DNA of 64,000 bases from Dendrobates tinctorius (GCF_039654945.1 NW_027361928.1:682001-746000); one strand, 5' to 3'; shown: positions 23,848 to 39,205, counted from the stretch's first letter. The notes: generated by a model not told the origin, from the letters alone. Made by a program: numbers and translations.

Positions 23848-25240
23848 CCACCGCCGCTCCACCCGCCACGTCCGGAGGAGCCACCGCCGCTCCACCCGCC
23901 ACGTCCGGAGGAGCCACCGCCGCTCCACCCGCCACCGCCGAAGGAGCCACCGCCGCTCCACCCGCCACCGCCGAAGGAGCCACCGCCGCTCCACCCGCCA
24001 CCGCCGAAGGAGCCACCGCCGCTCCACCCGCCACCGCCGAAGGAGCCACCGCCGCTCCACCCGCCACCGCCGAAGGAGCCACCGCCGCTCCACCCGCCAC
24101 GTCCGGAGGAGCCACCGCCGCTCCACCCGCCACCGCCGAAGGAGCCACCGCCGCTCCACCCGCCACGTCCGGAGGAGCCACCGCCGCTCCACCCGCCACC
24201 GCCGGAGGAGCCACCGCCGCTCCACCCGCCACCACCGAAGGAGCCACCGCCGCTCCACCCGCCACCGCCGCTCCACCCGCCACCACCAAAGGAGCCACCG
24301 CCGCTCCACCCGCCACGTCCGGAGGAGCCACCGCCGCTCCACCCGCCACCGCCGGAGGAGCCACCGCCGCTCCACCCGCCACCACCGAAGGAGCCACCGC
24401 CGCTCCACCCGCCACCGCCGCTCCACCCGCCACCACCAAAGGAGCCACCGCCGCTCCACCCGCCACCGCCGGAGGAGCCACCGCCGCTCCACCCGCCACC
24501 ACCGAAGGAGCCACCGCCGCTCCACCCGCCACCACCGAAGGAGCCACCGCCGCTCCACCCGCCACCACCAAAGGAGCCACCGCCGCTCCACCCGCCACCT
24601 CCGGAGGAGCCACCGCCGCTCCACCCGCCACCGCCGGAGGAGCCACCGCCGGAGGAGCCACCGCCGCTCCACCCGCCACCGCCGAAGGAGCCACCGCCGC
24701 TCCACCCGCCACCGCCGAAGGAGCCACCGCCGCTCCACCCGCCACGTCCGGAGGAGCCACCGCCGCTCCACCCGCCACCAGCAGAGGAGTCACCGCCGCT
24801 CCACCAGCAGAGGAGCCACCGCCGCTCCACCCGCCACCGCCGGAGGAGCCACCGCCGCTCCACCCGCCACCGCCGGAGGAGCCACCGCCGCTCCGCCCGC
24901 CACCGCCGGAGGAGCCTCCGCCGCTCCGCCCGCCACCTGCGGAGGAGCCACCGCCGCTCCACCCGCCACCTGCGGAGGAGCCACCGCCGCTCCACCCGCC
25001 ACCTGCGGAGGAGCCACCGCCGCTCCACCCGCCACCTGCGGAGGAGCCACCGCCGCTCCACCCGCCACCTGCGGAGGAGCCACCGCCGCTCCACCCGCCA
25101 CCTGCGGAGGAGCCACCGCCGCTCCACCCGCGGAGGAGCCACCGCCGCTCCACCCGCCACCACCGGAGGAGTCACCGCCGCTCCACCAGCAGAGGAGCCA
25201 CCGCCGCTCCACCCGCCACCAGCGGAGGAGCCACCGCCGA
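23848..25240. repeat. 33-bp GC-rich minisatellite in IP6K1 intron 1
   Basis: Unit ggagccaccgccgctccacccgccaccgccgaa. Confidence 0.95.
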
Positions 25241-26399
25241 CAAATCTGCTGCTCCCCCTCTCTCTGTGACTGCCGCCGTTCATCTAAGTTTTTACATAAT
25301 TGAAAAGTACAAAAACTTTTCAAATGTCAAAATGTTTGTGGAAAGTGAGGGGCAAAAACGAGGCGACTTCTGGAGCTTTCATACCTTTTTCACCCAGGTC
25401 CAACAAGCTGGGCAGAGGTGTGTGTGAGGGGCCGTAGGGACCCCACTCCTGAAATCCAGTCCTGACTGACACTGTGGTCTCATAATGAAGCATGCGCCTC
25501 GCAGCCCCCCTCATCAGTGCAAAGCACCTGCAGGAGGTGGTGATCTGTGCACCGTGTCCCCTGGTGTCGGGGGCTCTGCCGTCGCTGCTCTCGGGGTGGG
25601 GGGGGTGTTTGCTCGGCCGCCACTGATCTCGGGGGGAGAGGGGCTCGGCCGCCGCTGCTCTCGGGGGGGGGCTTTGGCTCGGCCGCCGCTGCTCTCGAAG
25701 GGAGAGGGGCTCGGCGGCTGCTTCTCTCGGGGGGTTGCTTGTCCGCCGCTGCTCTCGGGGGGAGAGGGGCTCGGCCGCCGCTGCTCTCGGGGGGGTGGGG
25801 GGGCTTTGGCTCGGCCGCTGCTCTCGGGGGGTGGGGGGCTTTGGCTCGGCCGCCGCTGCTCTCAGGGGCCGCTGCGTCCTGTAACTTTTTTCTCCTGGCT
25901 CTTAATTCCGAGACTTTCTGCCTCGAGTTCCTTTTACCATTGGACCTCTCACCTGGCGCTGTTAACCCTTTGGGTTGCTGAGGGACATTTGATCCATCAC
26001 TTGGTCACTGATATGTTCGCCCCTGGCCAGTCACGACCGCTGCCCCAGCAGAGGTCACCGTGGTTTGGGAGACCCCTCTCTTGTGTGACATGCACATAAA
26101 TGAGCTGCCTTGCACCACGAGCCCATATACTAGGAGGCGCCTGTCTGTATCCTGTTCATTTAGACACTGTTCACATGTTCAGGTTTTAAATACATTAGAT
26201 AGGGTCTGCTCCGTGAGGGATTACCGTGACGAGGTGGAACAGCTTGGTATACAGTTTTTGCAAAAAATGTATTGACTAAATATCCTGTGTTTGTTATCCA
26301 GCACTTGCTGATCACTGTCACATTTTTTACTGCAGAGTAGTTTTGCAAATTTGTCATTTTGTGTTTTCTTGTTGTGCCTTCTTAAATTTTAGTAGGGAA

Positions 26400-26680
26400 T
26401 CACTCATTAAACATCATATGGCAGAGAGTTCCATAGTCTCACTGCTCTTACAGTAAAGAATCCGCGTCTGTGAGTATGCTGAAACCTTCTTTCCTCCAGA
26501 CGTAGAGGATGCCCCCTTGTCCCCGTCACAGGTCTAAGAGTGAAAAGATCATTAGAAAGGTCTTTGTACTGTCCCCGCATATATTTATACATTGTAATAA
26601 GATCACCCCTAAGAATAACCCCAGGTGTAATAACCTGTCTTGGTATTGCAGACCCCCCAGTGCCCTAATAACCTTGGTCT
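26400..26680 (-). mobile_element. CR1 fragment
   Basis: MYKYMRG..TRGHPLRLEE..FFTVRAVRLWNSLP. Confidence 0.8.
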
Positions 26681-26837
26681 CCTTTTCTGTTTCTCTTCTC
26701 AGATCTGAGGAGCGATTCCCAGGTGAAGGAGCCGCTGCCCTCCGGCCCCCCGTACCGCTGCCCTCCGGCCCCCCGTACCGCTGCCCGGCCCCTGCGCCAC
26801 TCCCCATGCCCCCGCTGAGCATCGGGCGTCCAACGCA

Positions 26838-29337
26838 ATGTGTGTTTGTCAAACCATGGAAGTGGGGAAGTTTGTCCAGAGCGCCGTGTGCGACAGGGGC
26901 CGGGGGGTCCTGCTGGAGCCGTTCATCCATCAGGTGGGGGGCCACAGCAGTATGATGCGCTACGACGACCACACTGTCTGCAAGCCCCTCATCTCCCGCG
27001 AGCAGCGATTCTATGAGTCCCTCCCCCCCGAGATGAAAGAGTTCACCCCGGAATATAAAGGTGAGACCCTGAAGCCCCCATTACACAGCAGAATGGAGAA
27101 GATAATCGACATCTTCTCCCCGATGTGTAGTCATGTGCTATGGGGAGACTTGTGCTAAGGAGTGATATGCTGTGGGCGGGGCTGAATGGTGCAGGGGGAG
27201 GGACATGGAGGTCTAGGGGGAGGTGGAAGGGCATTTTGGTCCAGGGGGAGGGGCTGGGTGGTCCAGGGGTAGGTTGAAGGGCAGTTTGGTCCAGGGGGAG
27301 GGGCTGGGTGGTCTAGGGGTAGGTAAGTCGAAGGGCAGTTTGGTCCAAGGGGAAGAGCAGGGCAGTCCAGGGGGAGGGACTGGGTGGTCCAGGGGTATGT
27401 CGGGGCAGTTTGGTCCAGGAGGACGAGCAGGGCAGTCCAGGGGGGAGGGGCTGGGTGGTCCAGTGGTAGGTCGAAGGGCAGTTTGGTCCAAGGGGAAGAG
27501 CAGGGTAGTCCAGGGGGAGGGGCTGGGTGGTCCAGGGGTAGGTCGGGGCAGTTTGGTCCAGGAGGACGAGCAGGGCAGTCCAAGGGGAGGGACTGGGTGG
27601 TCCAGTGGTAGGTCGAAGGGCAGTTTGGTCCAAGGGGGAGGGGCTGGGTGGTCCAGGGGTAGGTCGAAAGGCAGTTTGGTCCAAGGGGAAGAGCAGGGTA
27701 GTCCAGGGGGAGGGGCTGGGTGGTCCAGGGGTAGGTCGGGGCAGTTTGGTCCAGGAGGACGAGCAGGGCAGTCCAAGGGGAGGGACTGGGTGGTCCAGGG
27801 GAGGGCTGTACAATCCCATATGTAGGCAGGGGACGTTGCGGGGCGGGGTTTCAGGACTGTGGTGTGGCTGGTGGGCTTTGGGTCTCCGTGTTGTGGTGTC
27901 TGCCCCGCGGTGCTGACTGACACGCTCTCTCCCGCCAGGCGTGGTGTCCGTCTGCTTTGAGGGTGACAGCGATGGGTACATCAACCTGGTGGCTTACCCA
28001 TATGTGGAGAGTGAGGCGGCCGATCATGAAGAGTTTCCTGACCGGGACCATCCGAGACGCAAGCACTCCCGCCGCAGTCTGCATCGGACCAGCAGCACCG
28101 ACCACAAGGATGAACGGCCGCCGCTGAGCGGGGAGCACGGCGAGAGGTGACATCAGGCCCCCAGCGCACGAACGTGTAGAGGGCCCCAGGTCGGGGCCTA
28201 TCTGATTGTAAATTGAGAAGACTGGGCACGACGCCCACCAGACCGTATGTCAATCTCACTGCAGGCAGTGCCCTCCTCAATGCTTTACACTGCAGCTCTG
28301 CTCCATTCGGTCACAGGTGTTGATAATATTGATGTCCTGGGGGTCCCGCAATGTGAGGGGTACGTCCGGGGGGCTTGTTCGCTATGTGCAGATTTTCATT
28401 CCCTCCCTCTTCTGCAGCGTCCCAGAGATGAAGAGCCCCAAGCTGGAGGTCTTGGCGGACGCCCCCTTCCAGATGCTGGATGGGAACAGCGGGGCGAGCG
28501 CGGAACGGATCAGCTACAACCCCTGGAGCCTGCGGTGCCACAAGCAGCAGCTGAGCCGCATGCGCTCCGAGTCCAAGGAGCGCAAGATGTACAGTATCCT
28601 TGTGCAGCCAGTAGGCAGGGCGCCCGGTGCGAGTCCTCCTCCTCCTCCTCCGTTATGGCTTAACTCTGTCCCAGAATTCCTGCTGCTGGAGAACGTCGTC
28701 CGCCATTTCAAGTTCCCGTGCGTCCTGGACCTGAAGATGGGAACGCGGCAGCACGGCGACGACGCGTCCGAGGAGAAGGCGGCCCGGCAGATGAAGAAGT
28801 GCGAGCAGAGCACGTCCGCCACGCTGGGTGTGAGGGTGTGCGGCATGCAGGTGCGGGGGAAGGGTTAATGTGTGGCCCCCTGTCTGGCGCCTTGTTACCC
28901 ACAATCCCTCTCTCCTGCAGGTCTTCCAGATGAACACGGGGCACTACCTCTGCCTGAACAAGTACTACGGCCGCAGCCTGAGCACCGAGGGTTTCCGCCA
29001 GGCCCTGCACCAGTACCTGCACAATGGCGTCCACCTCCGCACCGACCTGCTGGAGCCGATCCTGAGCAAGCTGAAGCGTCTGATCTCCGTGCTGGAAGTC
29101 CAGGCCTCGTACCGCTTCTACTCCAGCTCGCTGCTCATCATCTATGACGGGACCGGCCGCCCCCCGGCCCAGGAAACCTGCCCCAAAGTGGACGTCCGCA
29201 TGATAGACTTCGCCCACAGCACATACAAAGGCTTCCGCGACGACCTGACTGTGCACGACGGGCCGGACCAGGGCTACGTGCTGGGTCTGCGCAGCCTGAC
29301 CAGCGTCCTGGAGCTCATCCGAGACGACAGCCAGTAG
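26838..29337 (+). CDS. IP6K1: Inositol hexakisphosphate kinase 1, 399 aa; coding exons 26838-27060, 27939-28146, 28418-28593, 28675-28850, 28921-29337
   Basis: [11 protein letters not shown]-terminus, [17 protein letters not shown] (PxxxDxKxG), SSLL and IDFAH motifs; exons join in phase to 1200 nt; adjacent to GMPPB. Confidence 0.96.
27200..27805. repeat. G-rich compound minisatellite in an IP6K1 intron
   Basis: Repeated gggcagtttggtccagg / ggggctgggtggtccagggg. Confidence 0.88.
28594..28674 (+). other. U12-type (minor spliceosome) GT-AG intron of IP6K1
   Basis: 5' site GTATCCTT; branch-like ggcttaact ~10 nt before AG; no polypyrimidine tract; removal gives MYKFLLLEN. Confidence 0.9.
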
Positions 29338-29759
29338 CAGCGGCCGGAGAGCCTCCTCGTGCCCCTCTGTCATGTCCGCCCGACGGGGAGCGGCTGAGAG
29401 ACGCACAAAAGCCGCTCTGAGGGTCCTCGGCCGCACGTCGTCCTCACATCATCGTCCCGGGGTGAGCCGTACGATGGACGCCGTGCCACGGACATGGCTG
29501 TACAATGGCGAGAACCACTAGACGCGGAGCCGGACACCACGGGCCGTCCTTCCAGAACAGTCCGCCGGCCCCACCCCCCATAAATGTATATATTTCTATA
29601 TCCTCTATGTCAGATCTATATATTAGAGCTCTATCACCCACGTGTGTCTGTGTGCAGTGATGTGGGACGGAGCGCACACGGGCGGGGGGCGGCGGCGCCT
29701 TCTGGCCGGCTCCAGGGCTTTAGTTTGGTTTTAGTTATTTGTGTCTCAGCTTTAGTCTA

Positions 29760-31334
<1,575 letters not shown>

Positions 31335-31417
31335 GCAAGTTTTATGCATTTGCAAGTCAAAACCTGCAAAGTGGCGACAAGATGTGTCTGTCTGCTGGGG
31401 GCGCTGCGTCTGTTGGT

Positions 31418-34400
31418 GTAATACAGGATGTAACTCAGGATCAGTAATGTATGTACACAGTGACTGCACCAGCAGAATAGTGAGTGCAGCTCTGGGGTAT
31501 AATACAGGATGTAACTCAGGATCAGTAATGTAATGTATGTACACAGTGACTGCACCAGCAGAATAGTGAGTGCCGCTCTGGGGTATAATACAGGATGTAA
31601 CTCAGGATCAGTAATGTATGTACACAGTGACTGCGTCAGCAGAATAGTGAGTGCAGCTCTGGAGTATAATACTGGATGTAACTCAGGATCAGTAATGTAA
31701 TGTATGTACACAGTGACTGCACCAGCAGAATAGTGAGTGCAGCTCTGGGGTATAATACAGGATGTAACTCAGGATCAGTAATGTAATGTACACAGTGACT
31801 GCACCAGCAGAATAGTGAGTGCAGCTCTGAGGTATAATACAGGATGTAACTCAGGATCAGTAATGTATGTACACAGTGACTGCACCAGCAGAATAGTGAG
31901 TGCAGCTCTGGAGTATAAAACAGGAGGTAACTCAGGATCAGCAATGTAATGTATGTACACAGTGACTGCACCAGCAGAATAGTGAGTGCAGCTCTGGGGT
32001 ATAATACAGGATGTAACTCAGGATCAGTAATGTAATGTACATTATGTACACAGTGACTGCACCAGCAGAATAGTGAGTGCAGCTCTGAGGTATAATACAG
32101 GATGTAACTCAGGATCAGTAATGTACATTATGTGCACAGTGACTGCACCAGCAGAATAATGAGTGCAGCTCTGGGGTATAATACAGGATGTAACTCAGGA
32201 TCAGTAATGTAATGTATGTACACAGTGACAGCACCAGCAGAATAGTGAGTGCAGCTCTGGGGTATAATACAGGAGGTAACTCAGGATCTGTAATGTATGT
32301 ACACAGTGACTGCACCAGCAGAATAGTGAGTGCAGCTCTGGAGTATAATACAGGATGTAACTCAGGATCAGTAATGTAATGTATGTACACAGTGACTGCA
32401 CCAGCAGAATAGTGAGTGCAGCTCTGGAGTATAATACAGGATGTAACTCAGGATCAGTAATGTAATGTATGTACACAGTGACTGCACCAGCAGAATAGTG
32501 AGTGCAGCTCTGGGGTATAATACAGGATGTAACTCAGGATCAGTAATGTATGTACACAGTGACTGCACCAGCAGAATAGTGAGTGCAGCTCTGGGGTATA
32601 ATACAGGAGGTAACTCAGGATCAGTAATGTATGTCCACAGTGACTGCACCAGCAGAATAGTGAGTGCAGCTCTGGAGTATAATACAGGATGTAACTCAGG
32701 ATCAGTAATGTAATGTATGTACACAGTGACTGCACCAGCAGAATAGTGAGTGCAGCTCTGGAGTATAATACAGGATGTAACTCAGGATCAGTAATGTATG
32801 TACACAGTGACTGCACCAGCAGAATAGTGAGTGCAGCTCTGGGGTATAATACAGGATGTAACTCAGGATCAGTAATGTAATGTATGTACACAGTGACTGC
32901 ACCAGCAGAATAGTGAGTGCAGCTCTGGGGTATAATACAGGATGTAACTCAGGATCAGTAATGTATGTACACAGTGACTACACCAGCAGAATAGTGAGTG
33001 CAGCTCTGGAGTATAATACAGGAGGTAACTCAGGATCAGTAATGTAATGTATGTACACAGTGACTGCACCAGCAGAATAGTGAGTGCAGCTCTGGAGTAT
33101 AATACAGGATGTAACTCAGGATCAGTAATGTAATGTATGTACACAGTGACTGCACCAGCAGAATAGTGAGTGCAGCTCTGGGGTATAATACAGGATGTAA
33201 CTCAGGATCAGTAATGTATGTACACAGTGACTGCACCAGCAGAATAGTGAGTGCAGCTCTGGGGTATAATACAGGATGTAACTCAGGATCAGTAATGTAA
33301 TGTATGTACACAGTGACTGCACCAGCAGAATAGTGAGTGCCGCTCTGGGGTATAATACAGGATGTAACTCAGGATCAGTAATGTATGTACACAGTGACTG
33401 CGTCAGCAGAATAGTGAGTGCAGCTCTGGAGTATAATACTGGATGTAACTCAGGATCAGTAATGTAATGTATGTACACAGTGACTGCACCAGCAGAATAG
33501 TGAGTGCAGCTCTGGGGTATAATACAGGATGTAACTCAGGATCAGTAATGTAATGTACACAGTGACTGCACCAGCAGAATAGTGAGTGCAGCTCTGAGGT
33601 ATAATACAGGATGTAACTCAGGATCAGTAATGTATGTACACAGTGACTGCACCAGCAGAATAGTGAGTGCAGCTCTGGAGTATAAAACAGGAGGTAACTC
33701 AGGATCAGCAATGTAATGTATGTACACAGTGACTGCACCAGCAGAATAGTGAGTGCAGCTCTGGGGTATAATACAGGATGTAACTCAGGATCAGTAATGT
33801 AATGTACATTATGTACACAGTGACTGCACCAGCAGAATAGTGAGTGCAGCTCTGAGGTATAATACAGGATGTAACTCAGGATCAGTAATGTACATTATGT
33901 GCACAGTGACTGCACCAGCAGAATAATGAGTGCAGCTCTGGGGTATAATACAGGATGTAACTCAGGATCAGTAATGTAATGTATGTACACAGTGACAGCA
34001 CCAGCAGAATAGTGAGTGCAGCTCTGGGGTATAATACAGGAGGTAACTCAGGATCTGTAATGTATGTACACAGTGACTGCACCAGCAGAATAGTGAGTGC
34101 AGCTCTGGAGTATAATACAGGATGTAACTCAGGATCAGTAATGTAATGTATGTACACAGTGACTGCACCAGCAGAATAGTGAGTGCAGCTCTGGAGTATA
34201 ATACAGGATGTAACTCAGGATCAGTAATGTAATGTATGTACACAGTGACTGCACCAGCAGAATAGTGAGTGCAGCTCTGGGGTATAATACAGGATGTAAC
34301 TCAGGATCAGTAATGTATGTACACAGTGACTGCACCAGCAGAATAGTGAGTGCAGCTCTGGGGTATAATACAGGAGGTAACTCAGGATCAGTAATGTATG

Positions 34401-36640
34401 TCCACAGTGACTGCACCAGCAGAATAGTGAGTGCAGCTCTGGAGTATAATACAGGATGTAACTCAGGATCAGTAATGTAATGTATGTACACAGTGACTGC
34501 ACCAGCAGAATAGTGAGTGCAGCTCTGGAGTATAATACAGGATGTAACTCAGGATCAGTAATGTATGTACACAGTGACTGCACCAGCAGAATAGTGAGTG
34601 CAGCTCTGGGGTATAATACAGGATGTAACTCAGGATCAGTAATGTAATGTATGTACACAGTGACTGCACCAGCAGAATAGTGAGTGCAGCTCTGGGGTAT
34701 AATACAGGATGTAACTCAGGATCAGTAATGTATGTACACAGTGACTACACCAGCAGAATAGTGAGTGCAGCTCTGGAGTATAATACAGGAGGTAACTCAG
34801 GATCAGTAATGTAATGTATGTACACAGTGACTGCACCAGCAGAATAGTGAGTGCAGCTCTGGAGTATAATACAGGATGTAACTCAGGATCAGTAATGTAA
34901 TGTATGTACACAGTGACTGCACCAGCAGAATAGTGAGTGCAGCTCTGGGGTATAATACAGGATGTAACTCAGGATCAGTAATGTATGTACACAGTGACTG
35001 CACCAGCAGAATAGTGAGTGCAGCTCTGGGGTATAATACAGGAGGTAACTCAGGATCAGTAATGTATGTCCACAGTGACTGCACCAGCAGAATAGTGAGT
35101 GCAGCTCTGGAGTATAATACAGGATGTAACTCAGGATCAGTAATGTAATGTATGTACACAGTGACTGCACCAGCAGAATAGTGAGTGCAGCTCTGGAGTA
35201 TAATACAGGATGTAACTCAGGATCAGTAATGTATGTACACAGTGACTGCACCAGCAGAATAGTGAGTGCAGCTCTGGGGTATAATACAGGATGTAACTCA
35301 GGATCAGTAATGTATGTACACAGTGACTGCACCAGCAGAATAGTGAGTGCAGCTCTGGGGTATAATACAGGATGTAACTCAGGATCAGTAATGTATGTAC
35401 ACAGTGACTACACCAGCAGAATAGTGAGTGCAGCTCTGGAGTATAATACAGGAGGTAACTCAGGATCAGTAATGTAATGTATGTACACAGTGACTGCACC
35501 AGCAGAATAGTGAGTGCAGCTCTGGAGTATAATACAGGATGTAACTCAGGATCAGTAATGTAATGTATGTACACAGTGACTGCACCAGCAGAATAGTGAG
35601 TGCAGCTCTGGGGTATAATACAGGATGTAACTCAGGATCAGTAATGTATGTACACAGTGACTGCACCAGCAGAATAGTGAGTGCAGCTCTGGGGTATAAT
35701 ACAGGAGGTAACTCAGGATCAGTAATGTAATGTATGTACACAGTGACTGCACCAGCAGAATAGTGAGTGCAGCTCTGGAGTATAATACAGGATGTAACTC
35801 AGGATCAGTAATGTATGTACACAGTGACTGCACCAGCAGAATAGTGAGTGCAGCTCTGGGGTATAATACAGGATGTAACTCAGGATCAGTAATGTAATGT
35901 ATGTACACAGTGACTGCACCAGCAGAATAGTGAGTGCAGCTCTGGGGTATAATACAGGATGTAACTCAGGATCAGTAATGTATGTACACAGTGACTACAC
36001 CAGCAGAATAGTGAGTGCAGCTCTGGAGTATAATACAGGAGGTAACTCAGGATCAGTAATGTAATGTATGTACACAGTGACTGCACCAGCAGAATAGTGA
36101 GTGCAGCTCTGGAGTATAATACAGGATGTAACTCAGGATCAGTAATGTAATGTATGTACACAGTGACTGCACCAGCAGAATAGTGAGTGCAGCTCTGGGG
36201 TATAATACAGGATGTAACTCAGGATCAGTAATGTATGTACACAGTGACTGCACCAGCAGAATAGTGAGTGCAGCTCTGGGGTATAATACAGGAGGTAACT
36301 CAGGATCAGTAATGTATGTCCACAGTGACAGCACCAGCAGAATAGTGAGTGCAGCTCTGGGGTATAATACAGGATGTAACTCAGGATCAGTAATGTAATG
36401 TATGTACACAGTGACTGCACCAGCAGAATAGTGAGTGCAGCTCTGGGGTATAATACAGGTTGTAACTCAGGATCAGTAATGTAATGTATGTACACAGTGA
36501 CTGCACCAGCAGAATAGTGAGTGCAGCTCTGGGGTATAATACAGGATGTAACTCAGGATCAGTAATGTATGTACACAGTGACTGCACCAGCAGAATAGTG
36601 AGTGCAGCTCTGGAGTATAATACAGGATGTAACTCAGGAT
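31418..36640. repeat. 81/86-bp satellite, ~62 copies
   Basis: Unit taatacaggatgtaactcaggatcagtaatg(taatg)tatgtacacagtgactgcaccagcagaatagtgagtgcagctctgg(g/a)gta. Confidence 0.97.
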
Positions 36641-37174
36641 GATTGTGCTGTACAGTGATTCATGGCAGTATTATACAGCCAGGAGCTGTTACTCCAGCAG
36701 AGAAAATGTTTTGTGGCGTGTGTATATTGCACGTTCTGGAGATCGTCATTTTTTTATTCATTTTCCTCATGTCGCCATCATATTCCGCGGCGTTGTACAG
36801 ACATAGTTACTGTCCTCATTGTGGTTCCGGATGTGTTTGCAGTGTGAGAGGAAATGGAGAACATATAAACTGTTCGCAGGTTTTTGTTCGCTAGACTGGT
36901 AACCACTGAGCCACCGTGCGTTGCGCTCCTACACACAGTGCAGGGTCGGGGGGAGAGTTGTGCACTGACTCAGAGGTTGTCGGCCGCCATGTTGTCGGCT
37001 CTCCCGCAGGACAACACGTGATCCAGGTAATGCCTGGTGTGGTGGACACTGCGCCCCCTGTGGTCAGCCATGGCACAGTAGATTGAAGCACCGTGTGATC
37101 AGGATTGTGCTCAGTGACTGCGGGCAGTGTCACGTGACTGAGCACAATCCTGCTGATGCCGACCTGACACTGCC

Positions 37175-39205
37175 TCTCTGGGGGGGCTCCTCCGGTGTTC
37201 GCTCTCTGGGGGGGGGGGGGCTCCTCCGGTGTTCGCTCTCTGGGGGGGGGGGGGCTCCTCCGGTGTTCGCTCTCTGGGGGGGGGGGGGGGCTCCTCCGGT
37301 GTTCGCTCTCTGGGGGGGGGGGGGGGCTCCTCCGGTGTTCGCTCTCTGGGGGGGGGGGGCTCCTCCGGTGTTCGCTCTCTGGGGGGGGGGGGCTCCTCCG
37401 GTGTTCGCTCTCTGGGGGGGGGGGCTCCTCCGGTGTTCGCTCTCTGGGGGGGGGGGCTCCTCCGGTGTTCGCTCTCTGGGGGGGGGGGGGGCTCCTCCGG
37501 TGTTCGCTCTCTGGGGGGGGGGGGGCTCCTCCGGTGTTCGCTCTCTGGGGGGGGGGGGCTCCTCCGGTGTTCGCTCTCTGGGGGGGGGGCTCCTCCGGTG
37601 TTCGCTCTCTGGGGGGGGGGGGCTCCTCCGGTGTTCGCTCTCTGGGGGGGGGGGCTCCTCCGGTGTTCGCTCTCTGGGGGGGGGGGCTCCTCCGGTGTTC
37701 GCTCTCTGGGGGGGGGGGCTCCTCCGGTGTTCGCTCTCTGGGGGGGGGGGGCTCCTCCGGTGTTCGCTCTCTGGGGGGGGGGGGGCTCCTCCGGTGTTCG
37801 CTCTCTGGGGGGGGGGGCTCCTCCGGTGTTCGCTCTCTGGGGGGGGGGGGCTCCTCCGGTGTTCGCTCTCTGGGGGGGGGCTCCTCCGGTGTTCGCTCTC
37901 TGGGGGGGGGGGGGCTCCTCCGGTGTTCGCTCTCTGGGGGGGGGGGGGCTCCTCCGGTGTTCGCTCTCTGGGGGGGGGGCTCTGGTGTTCGCTCTCTGGG
38001 GGGGGCTCCTCCGGTGTCCGCTCTCTCTGGGGGGGGCTCCTCCGGTGTCCGCTCTCTCTGGGGGGGGGGGGGGGCTCCTCCGGTGTTCGCTCTCTGGGGG
38101 GGGGCTCTGGTGTTCGCTCTCTGGGGGGGGGGGCTCCTCCGGTGTCCGCTCTCTCTGGGGGGGGCTCCTCCGGTGTCCGCTCTCTCTGGGGGGGGCTCCT
38201 CCGGTGTCCGCTCTCTCTGGGGGGGGCTCCTCCGGTGTCCGCTCTCTCTGGGGGGGGCTCCTCCGGTGTCCGCTCTCTCTGGGGGGGGCTCCTCCGGTGT
38301 CCGCTCTCTCTGGGGGGGGCTCCTCCGGTGTCCGCTCTCTGGGGGGGGGGGGCTCCTCCGGTGTCCGCTCTCTGGGGGGGGGGGGCTCCTCCGGTGTCCG
38401 CTCTCTGGGGGGGGGGGGCTCCTCCGGTGTCCGCTCTCTGGGGGGGGGGGGCTCCTCCGGTGTTCGCTCTCTGGGGGGGGGGGCTCTGGTGTTCGCTCTC
38501 TGGGGGGGGCTCCTCCGGTGTCCGCTCTCTCTGGGGGGGGGGCTCCTCCGGTGTCCGCTCTCTCTGGGGGGGGCTCCTCCGGTGTCCGCTCTCTCTTGGG
38601 GGGGGCTCCTCCGGTGTCCGCTCTCTCTGGGGGGGGCTCCTCCGGTGTCCGCTCTCTCTGGGGGGGGGCTCCTCCGGTGTCCGCTCTCTGGGGGGGGGGG
38701 GGGGCTCCTCCGGTGTCCGCTCTCTGGGGGGGGGGGGGGCTCCTCCGGTGTCCGCTCTCTGGGGGGGGGGGGGGGGCTCCTCTGGTGTCCGCTCTCTGGG
38801 GGGGGGGCTCCTCCGGTGTCCGCTCTCTGGGGGGGGGGGGGCTCCTCCGGTGTCCGCTCTCTGGGGGGGGGGGGGGGCTCCTCCGGTGTCCGCTCTCTGG
38901 GGGGGGGGGGCTCCTCCGGTGTCCGCTCTCTCGGGGGGGGGGGCTCCTCCGGTGTCTGCTCTCTGGGGGGGGGGGCTCCTCCGGTGTCTGCTCTCTGGGG
39001 GGGGGGGGCTCCTCCGGTGTCTGCTCTCTGGGGGGGGGGGGCTCCTCCGGTGTCTGCTCTCTGGGGGGGGGGCTCCTCCGGTGTCTGCTCTCTGGGGGGG
39101 GGGGGGCTCCTCCGGTGTCCGCTCTCTGGGGGGGGGGGGGGGGGGGCTCCTCCGGTGTCCGCTCTCTGGGGGGGGGGGGCTCCTCCGGTGTCCGCTCTCT
39201 GGGGG
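37175..39205. repeat. ~31-38 bp minisatellite with variable poly-G tract
   Basis: ctcctccggtgt(t/c)cgctctct followed by G-tracts of variable length. Confidence 0.96.

Noticed and set aside
23790-25427. Pro/Ala/Gly-rich proteins (also 36891-39317, 39817-41482, 41937-43040, 44161-45671, 54374-55408)
   Set aside because: Translations of intronic or intergenic minisatellites, open in several frames on both strands
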